Shown here: one piece after another, positions 48,815 through 57,447 of the stretch
How the letters are laid out: every line of letters begins with the position of its first letter
How positions within the stretch are numbered: position 1 is the first letter of the stretch
Virus record (IMG/VR): IMGVR_UViG_3300034197_000017
Location: 19,686-83,685 of that record
Reading direction: 5' to 3' (one strand)
Length of the DNA: 64,000 nt
Origin: a virus
Lineage: Duplodnaviria; Caudoviricetes
The notes under the pieces: generated by a model
Told to the model about the DNA's origin: nothing
Seen by the model: only the letters and a program-made list of their open reading frames with translations
Database searches by the model: none
Translations under genes and position numbers: made by a program

Positions 48815-48885
48815 AAAATCTGACGCTTAATAGCTTGAGAGTTCAAATCTCTCTTCCCCCACTTTTAATTTATATTTAACTGTCT

Positions 48886-49218
48886 ATGGAAGAATCAGAA
48901 TGTAAACCAAAAAGAATTAGAGATAGAACTAGTCAATATTCAGGGGAGAAGAGAAGAAATAAGGCAAAAAAAGAAAAACTCTATACATTTTTATCAGATA
49001 AATGTTGTACAGATTGTGGTATCAGTGATATTAGATTACTTGAGTTTGACCATCTAGACCCTCAAACAAAAACTAAAGCAGTAGCTAGATTTATTAGTGG
49101 GGGATATAGCTGGGATAGGCTTTTAGAGGAGATAAATAAATGTGAAATAGTTTGTGCTAATTGCCATAGACTAAGAACCTACGGAAGAATGACCTGCTAT
49201 AGAAACCAAGCATCTTAG
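48886..49218 (+). CDS. Free-standing HNH endonuclease
   Basis: CTDCG..LEFDHLDP..EINKCEIVCANCHRLRT. Confidence 0.85.
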   Translation: MEESECKPKRIRDRTSQYSGEKRRNKAKKEKLYTFLSDKCCTDCGISDIRLLEFDHLDPQTKTKAVARFISGGYSWDRLLEEINKCEIVCANCHRLRTYGRMTCYRNQAS

Positions 49219-49238
49219 TTTAGATTTATATAAAAACA

Positions 49239-49643
49239 ATGTTAGAAATTACTGAACTTATTAGCTATCAAGTTGGTGACAGAACTTTTTATAATAAAAT
49301 ACAAGCAGAAAACCACTTACTATATCTTACTGGTAGATTAGAGTCTGAGAAAATAGAACATGATTTACTACCTGGAGATATACGATATACAGCAGTAGAA
49401 GGTATTATTCGTAAAGTAGCATTTGTAAGGGAAAGCGAATATACGGAGAATTATTGGGATGAAGAGGAAGATAAATATGATTACACTAGATTGGTTCTAA
49501 AATCAGAATTAATATTCAAGATTATTGAGTCTAGAATCCCATATCCTAGAGATTGTAATGGAAGAGAAGTATATATAACTAGTCAAGAAATTTTCAATAA
49601 TCAAGTTAGTCAAGACTATACTGATTTGCTAGACTTAGGTTAA
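49239..49643 (+). CDS. Hypothetical protein
   Basis: 134 aa ORF. Confidence 0.55.
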   Translation: MLEITELISYQVGDRTFYNKIQAENHLLYLTGRLESEKIEHDLLPGDIRYTAVEGIIRKVAFVRESEYTENYWDEEEDKYDYTRLVLKSELIFKIIESRIPYPRDCNGREVYITSQEIFNNQVSQDYTDLLDLG

Positions 49644-49664
49644 TGGTTTATAGGGGATAGTAAT

Positions 49665-50750
49665 ATGGAACAGTATTCTATTAATGCAGAAACTCTGGCT
49701 AGACTTTGCCGTAACTTTACTGGGATATCTTCCTATACTTACTATCTCTATATCCAATCTAATCAATACTCTTTAATAATTACAGAAGATAATACTAGCT
49801 TTTTATATATAACCATTCCTGAAAATCAATTTCAGCTAGTAGATGTAGGGATTAAGTTAAGTCCAGAATTAATTGAGTTTCTTAAAACTTATCCCCTTAA
49901 AAAATTAAGTGGTGATTTAACCTTCTCGTTAGAAAATGAACAGATAAATGTATATTTTGATAATGAATTAAGATATACTTTTTCTGATGAGAGTGAAACT
50001 GTAGTTACATATTCAACAGTAGTTGAGTCAAATAGAGAATTAGCACATACATTCACCTATGACTATTGGAATCAATTACTAGAATTCTTAGACTATAGGA
50101 AAGTACTAGATAGTATTCATCTATCAACGGGTATAGTAGGTACATCAACTATTCCAGTACAATTTTATTTTAAGAATTTCGATGGATTATCTAAGATTTT
50201 TCTAACGGTTTCCCACTGCAAGTTAATATATGATTGTTATAGTAAGCTGAAGTTATCTCAGAACTTCATGGATATTTATATCTATGATGTAATCTCAGAA
50301 CTATATACTTCTCCTGTAGCTATATTAGAGTTTATGGCTACATTGAAACTATCAGATAAAACTCTAGTAGATTTCAAATGTGTTTATGTAAATGCTAAAA
50401 AAGATGTAGATTTAGCTAAGTATTTGGAAATAAAGACTACGATAGAAAAACTAGGGACATCTGTAGAGTTTACTGAGGAAAAAGTATCTAGGGCATTAAA
50501 TATCTTTAAGGATAAAGGATATACTCCAACTTCTTTATGTACCCTGACAAAAGATACTAAACTACCTCTTTCCTTATTTACAGAATTGTTTAGTGATGTA
50601 TCTAACTTGGAATCAGTATATGTCCTATCCAATAAGTTATTAATTAAATTTAGGGGAAATAAACCAGATGTTTGTTTAACTTTATACTTGCAATCTACTC
50701 AATATCAAGGTAAGATTGAAGATACATCACAGGGTACTTTTGAGGAGTAA
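49665..50750 (+). CDS. Hypothetical protein, possible sliding-clamp-like fold
   Basis: 361 aa alternating alpha/beta, clamp-like size, next to ERF and SSB; sequence similarity weak. Confidence 0.35.
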   Translation: MEQYSINAETLARLCRNFTGISSYTYYLYIQSNQYSLIITEDNTSFLYITIPENQFQLVDVGIKLSPELIEFLKTYPLKKLSGDLTFSLENEQINVYFDNELRYTFSDESETVVTYSTVVESNRELAHTFTYDYWNQLLEFLDYRKVLDSIHLSTGIVGTSTIPVQFYFKNFDGLSKIFLTVSHCKLIYDCYSKLKLSQNFMDIYIYDVISELYTSPVAILEFMATLKLSDKTLVDFKCVYVNAKKDVDLAKYLEIKTTIEKLGTSVEFTEEKVSRALNIFKDKGYTPTSLCTLTKDTKLPLSLFTELFSDVSNLESVYVLSNKLLIKFRGNKPDVCLTLYLQSTQYQGKIEDTSQGTFEE

Positions 50751-50858
50751 ATGTTTTGGACATATCTACATTTGAAAAAACAACTTTGAGGGTCGGTTGG
50801 TCTATGTTGGCACTGGTTTCATTGTTAATGTGTTGGTTAGTTATGGGAGTTATTTGAT

Positions 50859-51170
50859 ATGGTTAATGCAACTCATGAGTTAGTTATTGATTATGCTTTA
50901 GATTATGTAGAGGGTAAATCTGGAGTTACTTATCTTCGAGATAACGTAGTACTTTTTCCAGTTACATTCTATGATGCTAGAAGTTTTATGGATTGTATTA
51001 TCTATGTAAAAGATACTCTACTGTTTAACGCAATAGCAGATTTTAGAAATGATTTAGAACTAGATATAGAGATGGAGGAAATTAATTTATTTAGATTTCA
51101 AGTAGTAGGACAGTTTCCCATTGTGCAAGAAGTAAAACCCTACGAGGTAAGATATGCAGAACCTAATTAA
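50859..51170 (+). CDS. Hypothetical protein
   Basis: 103 aa ORF. Confidence 0.5.
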   Translation: MVNATHELVIDYALDYVEGKSGVTYLRDNVVLFPVTFYDARSFMDCIIYVKDTLLFNAIADFRNDLELDIEMEEINLFRFQVVGQFPIVQEVKPYEVRYAEPN

Positions 51171-51756
51171 AGCCTTAGTAGAGGCATCCAAATACTTTGA
51201 ACCGATAGTAAAGGACAAAGCAAACCCATTCCATAAATCTAAATATGCCACTCTAGATTCAGTTCTAGCATCAGTAAGTCCAGCTTTATTTGCTCATGGT
51301 TTGGTTTTAGTTCAACTATTAGAGAGAAATGAGGATGATGTACTGGTATTAAATACTCAGCTATGGCATACATCAGGGGAATGTTTAGAGTCTAAGCATC
51401 CTCTACCTAATATACAAGACGCCCAGAAAATGGGTATCGCCATAACATACGCTAGACGATATTCTGTCTGTGCAATTCTAAGCGTAGTGGCAGATGAAGA
51501 CACTGATGCTCAAACTGGTAAGGATGGTAGAACTCCTCTAGTAGGAAATACAAAAGGTAAAGCTCCTACAATCAGTCAAGACCAGATAGATGAACTGACT
51601 GAACTAGCTACTACTGCTGGATATACTCTACCAGAGATGGCAGAACAAGTTAAAAGTAGAGGGTTTGCCTCAAGACAATTCATCACTGTGGAAGCCTATC
51701 CAAAGCTGGTAGAATTATTTAGTTCTCCAAAGTCAGCTACATCCGACAAAAAGTAA
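51154..51756 (+). CDS. erf: ERF-family single-strand annealing recombinase
   Basis: KDKANPFHKSKYATLDSVL..GIAITYARRYSVCAILSVVADEDTDA. Confidence 0.92.
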   Translation: MQNLIKALVEASKYFEPIVKDKANPFHKSKYATLDSVLASVSPALFAHGLVLVQLLERNEDDVLVLNTQLWHTSGECLESKHPLPNIQDAQKMGIAITYARRYSVCAILSVVADEDTDAQTGKDGRTPLVGNTKGKAPTISQDQIDELTELATTAGYTLPEMAEQVKSRGFASRQFITVEAYPKLVELFSSPKSATSDKK

Positions 51757-51779
51757 ATCAAAAATAAAAGGACAAAATT

Positions 51780-52229
51780 ATGAGTGTTAATCGAGTAGTA
51801 TTTTCAGGCAAAGTTATTTCTTGTGAGTTCAAAACTGTAGCAGAAAAGCCTCTTCTAGATGTGACTATTTCTGTATATAGCGGCGAAAAAAAGAAGGATG
51901 GCGACCAATATGCTCCATCATTCTTAGTTAAATTCCCTCTCTGGGGTAACTATGCTGCTGCAATGGTAGATGTTATATCTGTAGGTTGCACTATTACTGT
52001 AGATGGAAAAATGTCTGTACCTAATAACTATGTAAATAAAGATGGAGATGCTAAATCAACACTCCAACTTAGAGATGTATCTGTTGAGGAGGTTCACATT
52101 AAAGCTCAAGCTGGAGCAGAAGTAGATGAAACAGCACCTACTACAGCAAAACCAAAAGCCTCTAAAGCACAAAAACCCAATCAAACAGCGGCATTTGAAG
52201 TAGACCCTGACGCTGAAGTACCGTTCTAA
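51780..52229 (+). CDS. ssb: Single-stranded DNA-binding protein
   Basis: VNRVVFSGKV OB-fold; acidic C-terminal tail ending EVPF. Confidence 0.9.
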   Translation: MSVNRVVFSGKVISCEFKTVAEKPLLDVTISVYSGEKKKDGDQYAPSFLVKFPLWGNYAAAMVDVISVGCTITVDGKMSVPNNYVNKDGDAKSTLQLRDVSVEEVHIKAQAGAEVDETAPTTAKPKASKAQKPNQTAAFEVDPDAEVPF

Positions 52230-52250
52230 CCTTTCATAGTTAGCATTCAA

Positions 52251-52290
52251 TCCCCGTTAGAAAATCTCAATATCTTTCGGGGAATTCTTT
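52251..52290 (+). terminator. Terminator-like hairpin whose 5' arm and loop contain CCCGTTAGAAAA
   Basis: TCCCCG...CGGGGA followed by ATTCTTT. Confidence 0.55.
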
Positions 52291-52316
52291 ATCCTTTACC
52301 TTCATCAATACCTAAA

Positions 52317-53036
52317 ATGACTATCGAACTCGAACTAAAGGCATTTCCCGGTCAGCATACCCAAAGTATCATTGATTATTCTGAAGATTTTAAGTTGGTA
52401 TCTACTGAAACTCAACTAAATCATTATTTCAGTGGTTCTCTATCTCCAGCTCAACTTACTTCCCTAAGTGAGTACGATATTGATTGGACTAACGAAAAGC
52501 ATGAAAATCTACTGAACTTCATTCAGAATTTCTCTCAAGCAAAACAATCTATTCGTACTCGGTATAGTTCCTTCTATACCTACCCTCACTCTTCTACTTT
52601 CGTTCTGAAAGCTACTAAGAATGATACATCTTCTGAAAATGGAACAGCTAGAGTTGAACTTGAGTTTGAGATTGGTAGAGTACTTGATAAGCTAGATAAT
52701 TATCTAATTAGTTCCTTAAAGCTCGAATATCTATCTAAGTGGAGTCGTAAGCGAGTTACCTATAAATGGCTTCCAGAAGATATTACAGTATGTGTGGATG
52801 TAAATGCTGGATATGGAACCATTCTTGAAGTTGAGCTTATGACTGAAGAGAAGGAAGATTATTCAGCAGACCTAGATACTCTACGTTATCTACTTCAAAT
52901 CATCGAAGCTAAGGAAATTCCAACATCCCATATGGATGAAATGTTTCAAGTATATAACAAAGATTGGGAGAAATTTTACGGTACATCACTCACTTTTGCT
53001 GACTTTAATGAGTACGCTCATCTACTCTCTGTGTAA
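52317..53036 (+). CDS. CYTH-family (class IV adenylate cyclase / triphosphate tunnel) protein
   Basis: IELELK, TQLNHYF, IRTR, RVELEFE, SRKRVTY, DVNAGYGTILEVE. Confidence 0.8.
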   Translation: MTIELELKAFPGQHTQSIIDYSEDFKLVSTETQLNHYFSGSLSPAQLTSLSEYDIDWTNEKHENLLNFIQNFSQAKQSIRTRYSSFYTYPHSSTFVLKATKNDTSSENGTARVELEFEIGRVLDKLDNYLISSLKLEYLSKWSRKRVTYKWLPEDITVCVDVNAGYGTILEVELMTEEKEDYSADLDTLRYLLQIIEAKEIPTSHMDEMFQVYNKDWEKFYGTSLTFADFNEYAHLLSV

Positions 53037-53040
53037 TTGA

Positions 53041-54174
53041 ATGAAACTACTACCTATTAAGGATAAAATTATGACTCCTAGACTGACTGATGAAGAATTT
53101 GAACTGGTTAATGCTGGATATGTACTAGATAGTAATTACTATCAAGACCATACTCACCCAGAATTTCAATATCTCCGAGCACTTTATGAAATCCTGTCAC
53201 ATGGAGATGAAAAAGCTCTGTTTGATAGCTCTACAAAAAATGAGATGTCAGATAGGAAAATTAAATCTAAATTTGGATATCAAATGAGATTTCCTCTAAG
53301 TGAAGGATTCCCAATCTATACCACTAAGAAGGTTTTCTATCGGGGGGCATTTGAGGAGATGCTGTGGTTTATCAAAGATGGAGGAAATATTACACCACTA
53401 CTTCAGAAAAATGTACATATCTGGGATGAGTGGGCATGGAAATACTTTCAGGGATTAACTGAACGTGAAAAAGATGCCTATGACTATGAAGCTGAAACTA
53501 AAGGGTACTCTACGGATACCCAAGAGGAGTTTATTAATTTTCTAACTAGTACTGGAACTGATTTTAGTATTCCACTTCACTACACTAACTTTACTAGTTG
53601 GAAATATAATAAGTTGGAATTATCTAAAGATTGTTCTGGGTTTGAATATACTGGAAAAACCCTAAACCAAATGAATTGGGTAGTAACTCAACTACCTAAA
53701 CGTCCTGAACGTAAGAGCTATTATGTTACATGCTGGAATCCTACAGAGGCTTACCAGATGGCTGAAGAGTGTGGTAGAGAGTCTGTAGTTATCGTTGCTT
53801 GCCATACAGACCATCTAGTTAATATCAGTGGTGGGAAGCTCAATCTGAGAGTATCAATCCGCTCTAATGATATGTTCTTGGGTAATCCCTTTAACGTTGC
53901 TCAGTACGCCTTACTGACCCATATGTATGCTTTTCTAACTGGATATCCTGTAGGTGATTTAGTAGTCAATATCGACGATGCTCATATCTATTCTAATCAC
54001 TTCGAGCAAGCTAGAGAGCAAATTATCCGTAAACCTCTGCCATTAGCGAATTTCTCAATTGTAGATAGAGGACAGAAACGTATGGAAGATTTTGTCTATG
54101 AAGATTTTCTGCTAGAAAACTATGAGTCCCATAAGCCTATTAAAGGTGACATTACTACAGTAGGAGGATACTAG
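53041..54174 (+). CDS. thyA: Thymidylate synthase ThyA with large insertions
   Basis: FPIYTTKKV, EMLWFI, WDEWA, ACH (catalytic Cys), RSNDMFLGNPFN, DAHIYSNH. Confidence 0.95.
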   Translation: MKLLPIKDKIMTPRLTDEEFELVNAGYVLDSNYYQDHTHPEFQYLRALYEILSHGDEKALFDSSTKNEMSDRKIKSKFGYQMRFPLSEGFPIYTTKKVFYRGAFEEMLWFIKDGGNITPLLQKNVHIWDEWAWKYFQGLTEREKDAYDYEAETKGYSTDTQEEFINFLTSTGTDFSIPLHYTNFTSWKYNKLELSKDCSGFEYTGKTLNQMNWVVTQLPKRPERKSYYVTCWNPTEAYQMAEECGRESVVIVACHTDHLVNISGGKLNLRVSIRSNDMFLGNPFNVAQYALLTHMYAFLTGYPVGDLVVNIDDAHIYSNHFEQAREQIIRKPLPLANFSIVDRGQKRMEDFVYEDFLLENYESHKPIKGDITTVGGY

Positions 54175-54175
54175 A

Positions 54176-54349
54176 ATGAAAGTTACCGCTGACATTAAAT
54201 TAACAGTATCTGACATTATTACTGCTCTACAGCTAGCTGGATTTATCTCTTGTGAAACACTAGAAAAACAGGAGATGTATATCTTAGCTCCTAATATGGA
54301 GGTTCAGGTATTAGATGAGATTGTTCTTTCATTAAAGTATAAAAGGTAG
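54176..54349 (+). CDS. Small hypothetical protein (57 aa, below cutoff)
   Basis: MKVTADIKLTVSDIITALQLAG...YKR* fills the thyA-folA gap. Confidence 0.5.
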   Translation: MKVTADIKLTVSDIITALQLAGFISCETLEKQEMYILAPNMEVQVLDEIVLSLKYKR

Positions 54350-54351
54350 AG

Positions 54352-54897
54352 ATGTTTATTTCACTAATTGCAGCAGTAGATAAATCTAATAACGGAATTG
54401 GATGTAATGGTCGTTTACCGTGGACAATTCCCCTAGATACGCAACATTTCAGGACTAAGACTAGTCAGCATATTGTAGTTATGGGTAATAAAACTTTTAC
54501 CCTTGACTGTAAAGCAGCTCCATTAGACCATCGAGTAAATATTGTCCTTACTGATACTCCAACAGATAGCGATAATCCAAATCTAGTGTTTTTAAAGTCC
54601 AATCCACATGGAACTATTGAGTATATTGAAACTAATTTCAAAACTCTAATAGCACCTATTTCCCATAGTCTATTTAATCTACATGAAGTGTTTATCTGTG
54701 GTGGTTCGTCTATTTACCACCAATTCTTACCTATTGCCAATAAGCTTTATCTGACAGAGATAGAGTTTGATGAACCAGTATCTACAGATAGATTCTTCCC
54801 TGACTATAGTAAAGATGCATGGATGTTATCTAGCACTTCTGAGTACATTACGTTCGATAATGGCAAATTCAAGTTTAACGAATATATGAGGTACTAA
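54352..54897 (+). CDS. folA: Dihydrofolate reductase
   Basis: LIAAV..NGIG..GRLPW..D.QHF..VVMGNKTF..RVNIVLT..FICGGSSIY..LYLTEI..DRFFP. Confidence 0.95.
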   Translation: MFISLIAAVDKSNNGIGCNGRLPWTIPLDTQHFRTKTSQHIVVMGNKTFTLDCKAAPLDHRVNIVLTDTPTDSDNPNLVFLKSNPHGTIEYIETNFKTLIAPISHSLFNLHEVFICGGSSIYHQFLPIANKLYLTEIEFDEPVSTDRFFPDYSKDAWMLSSTSEYITFDNGKFKFNEYMRY

Positions 54898-54902
54898 CTT
54901 CT

Positions 54903-55193
54903 ATGGCACTACTTGAACCTCCACTAAATACATCGAATATATTAACCTTACAGTGTAGAAGCTGTAAACATTGGGAAGTACTATCAGATGCAGGAAGGCA
55001 AACCTCAATGGAGTTATATGGTGATTGGGGTAAATGCAATAGAGTTAATAACGGCACCTTCATTGAATCTACTTTAGATGAACGTACCGAGTTAGAAAAA
55101 GTGATTCATTTTCAGCCGTTTTATGGGGCTAAGCTACTCTACACTAAATTCAAATTCGCTTGTATCAATTTTGAAGGGAAGTCAAAAAAATGA
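54903..55193 (+). CDS. Small Cys-containing hypothetical protein
   Basis: CRSCKHW..WGKC..FACINF. Confidence 0.55.
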   Translation: MALLEPPLNTSNILTLQCRSCKHWEVLSDAGRQTSMELYGDWGKCNRVNNGTFIESTLDERTELEKVIHFQPFYGAKLLYTKFKFACINFEGKSKK

Positions 55194-55708
55194 AGATTTC
55201 AGGAACAGGACATAGACCAGAAAAATTAGTAGGTAAATGGGAGTATTACGATACAAATCTAACTAATTTAGTAGAGCTACTTAGATATACTTTGCGATAT
55301 CTTAATGCGTCTGAAGTCCATTCAGGCATGGCTTTGGGATTTGATACAGCTCTAGCTGAAGCTGCTCTGTTTGAGAATTGTACATTACATTGTCAAATCC
55401 CATTTAAGAATTTCGATTCAAGATGGAACTGGAATCAACGACAGTCATATTTCAAAATTCTAGATAAAGCTGATTACGTCAATTTTGTAACTGATGATGA
55501 AATTTCTGAAAGAGGACAGGCAGCTTTTTGGAATCAGAAACGAAATGAGATTCTAGTAGACAACTGCGATACTTTAGTTGTATTATGGAATGGCAGTACC
55601 GGGGGAACTAATAATTGCCTTGAGTATGCCTCAGATAAACGAAAATATATCGTAAATCTATGGGATTTATATTACACTAAAGCATCTAAAGAATTAAAAA
55701 GTGATTAA
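55190..55708 (+). CDS. SLOG-family (YspA/DUF1273-like) protein
   Basis: GTGHRPEKL, SGMALGFDT, IPF, RNEILVD, WNGSTGGT. Confidence 0.85.
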   Translation: MKISGTGHRPEKLVGKWEYYDTNLTNLVELLRYTLRYLNASEVHSGMALGFDTALAEAALFENCTLHCQIPFKNFDSRWNWNQRQSYFKILDKADYVNFVTDDEISERGQAAFWNQKRNEILVDNCDTLVVLWNGSTGGTNNCLEYASDKRKYIVNLWDLYYTKASKELKSD

Positions 55709-56534
55709 GTATAAAACAGAAGAAACGAACAATGAAACGGGGGAGAGGTTTTATATTGATGATAGCGATATCCGTTATATAAGTAATACCACTCTCCTTT
55801 CTTTGTACGAAAACAAGGAAATCATAAATGCATGGAAGGAAAGAGTAGGGGAAGCTGAGTCAGATAGAATTAGGGATGCTGCTGCTGATAATGGAAAGGT
55901 AATCCATTCGGAAATTGAATCTTATAGCGCTAATCCAGATATCGCATGTTTTGAACAGTATTCCCCGTATAGTCAGATAGCAATTAATGCTTTTTACGGT
56001 AGAGTACAGATTCTATCTTCAGAAGAAACTATCTTTTTCTCCTGTAAGTACAAACCTAAATTAAGATTTGCGGGTAGATATGACTCATTAGTTCATGTGC
56101 CGCATTCCACGTTCAAAGTAGGAGATGGCTTCTATTGGCTACCTGAAGGGGATTATCTGGTTGACCTAAAAACTAAGTTCAAATATAAAACAGGAGGTAA
56201 GACCAAGGGAGGAAATATCCCAAGAATGGATACTGCCGAAATGATTCTAAAGAATCTACTTCAAGGTTCAGCTTACGTTACAGCAATGAATCTTGATGGG
56301 GCTAATATCAGAGGTTTCATACTAGTCTATGCCACTAAAACTAGATGCAAGACAGTCTATATCACCTCCGAAAATATAGCATTTTATTGGGCTTATTATT
56401 ATAAGCTGTTACTGGATTACTATCAGGAAGTCAAATTGGATATTTCTTGGAAAGATTTTATAGTTAAGTGTGATTACTTTTTTGACCTGGAGACTAATAC
56501 TCTAAGTAATCAATTACCTACTGAAATTTATTGA
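55701..56534 (+). CDS. PD-(D/E)XK exonuclease (Cas4/lambda-exo-like)
   Basis: ISNTTLL..NAWKERVGEAE..AADNGKVIHSEIE..FAGRYDSL..LVDLKT..QGSAY. Confidence 0.8.
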   Translation: MIKYKTEETNNETGERFYIDDSDIRYISNTTLLSLYENKEIINAWKERVGEAESDRIRDAAADNGKVIHSEIESYSANPDIACFEQYSPYSQIAINAFYGRVQILSSEETIFFSCKYKPKLRFAGRYDSLVHVPHSTFKVGDGFYWLPEGDYLVDLKTKFKYKTGGKTKGGNIPRMDTAEMILKNLLQGSAYVTAMNLDGANIRGFILVYATKTRCKTVYITSENIAFYWAYYYKLLLDYYQEVKLDISWKDFIVKCDYFFDLETNTLSNQLPTEIY

Positions 56535-56544
56535 TTTACATGAA

Positions 56545-57447
56545 ATGTCATTTAATATACTTGATTGCCTAGAAAAACTCGGTGAATATGGAGATGTCAC
56601 CGATAGAGGTACATGGATTAGCGCTAAATGTCCTATTTGTAACGGAATATTAAAAATATCTAAAAGTAGTAAATATGGGAGTTATGCTTGTTACACAAAT
56701 GAATGTCACAGGCAAAATCCAAACCCCATCAGACAACTTTTATATATAAGGAATTCATTTAATAGGAGGACAAGTTTTGATTACTATAAGCCACTAATTT
56801 CTCTAGAAGAGATAGTTGAACCTCTATACTTTACTGGAACTAGTTCTGAGTTATTATCCACAGTTCCATATATAGAGCCTATAAAAGTAGAAGGTGAGAA
56901 TAAGAGATATACCTATTATGATTATGGTGAATTTAGAGTAGTAAGATTGGATGTATATTTAGATAACCCAGAGAAAACTAAAAAGTATATTTATCCAGAA
57001 TACTTCAATAAAACTACTCAGGAGTTTATAAAAGGAACTCCTGATTTCACCTCTCTACCTATCTATCTAGCTAAATATCTACAGCCTACAGTAGTGTTCG
57101 TAGAAGGGGAGAAATGTGCTGATATAGCCCATAAGCTAGGAATAGCAGCTATCACATTCCCTACTTCCCTATCTGATATCTACCTTCCAAGAGTCATGAG
57201 GCAACTGTATCTATCTGGAATAAGAAATGTTTTATTTCTTCCAGATAATGATGTAATCGGATTCAATAAAGTCTCTAAGTTAGAAAAGCACTGTTGGAAA
57301 AATAATATTTGTACTAAACGATATTACTTAACCGATAGTTTCACAGAATTTTCTAACGAGGATGGATTTGATTTATATGATGCTGTAGATAGAAAATTAA
57401 TTTCAGCGGAAAATCTTAGTCGTTATTTGGATGTGTTTTTAAGATGA
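56545..57447 (+). CDS. DNA primase (zinc finger plus TOPRIM)
   Basis: CPIC..C..EC; VFVEGEKCAD; LPDNDVIG; GFDLYD. Confidence 0.85.
   Translation: MSFNILDCLEKLGEYGDVTDRGTWISAKCPICNGILKISKSSKYGSYACYTNECHRQNPNPIRQLLYIRNSFNRRTSFDYYKPLISLEEIVEPLYFTGTSSELLSTVPYIEPIKVEGENKRYTYYDYGEFRVVRLDVYLDNPEKTKKYIYPEYFNKTTQEFIKGTPDFTSLPIYLAKYLQPTVVFVEGEKCADIAHKLGIAAITFPTSLSDIYLPRVMRQLYLSGIRNVLFLPDNDVIGFNKVSKLEKHCWKNNICTKRYYLTDSFTEFSNEDGFDLYDAVDRKLISAENLSRYLDVFLR

Larger units (their letters stand above)
48025..48861 (+). tRNA. trnL: tRNA-Leu(UAA), exons 48025-48058 and 48815-48861, split by a group I intron between positions 34 and 35
   Basis: Joined exons give GGGGGAA-TG-GTGGAATGGTATACAC-A-TCAGA-CTTAAAA-TCTGA-(long V arm)-GAGAG-TTCAAAT-CTCTC-TTCCCCC-A. 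Confidence 0.92.

Noticed and set aside
50751-50857. Possible frameshifted small membrane ORF (LDISTFEKTTLRVGWSMLALVSLLMCWLVMGVI)
   Set aside because: Too short and the start is ambiguous (the ATG after the RBS is in another frame), so it cannot be supported.
53041-54174. dCMP hydroxymethylase or other base-modifying ThyA homolog
   Set aside because: The specificity residue is Asn (GNPFN), as in dUMP-specific ThyA, and DHFR is adjacent.
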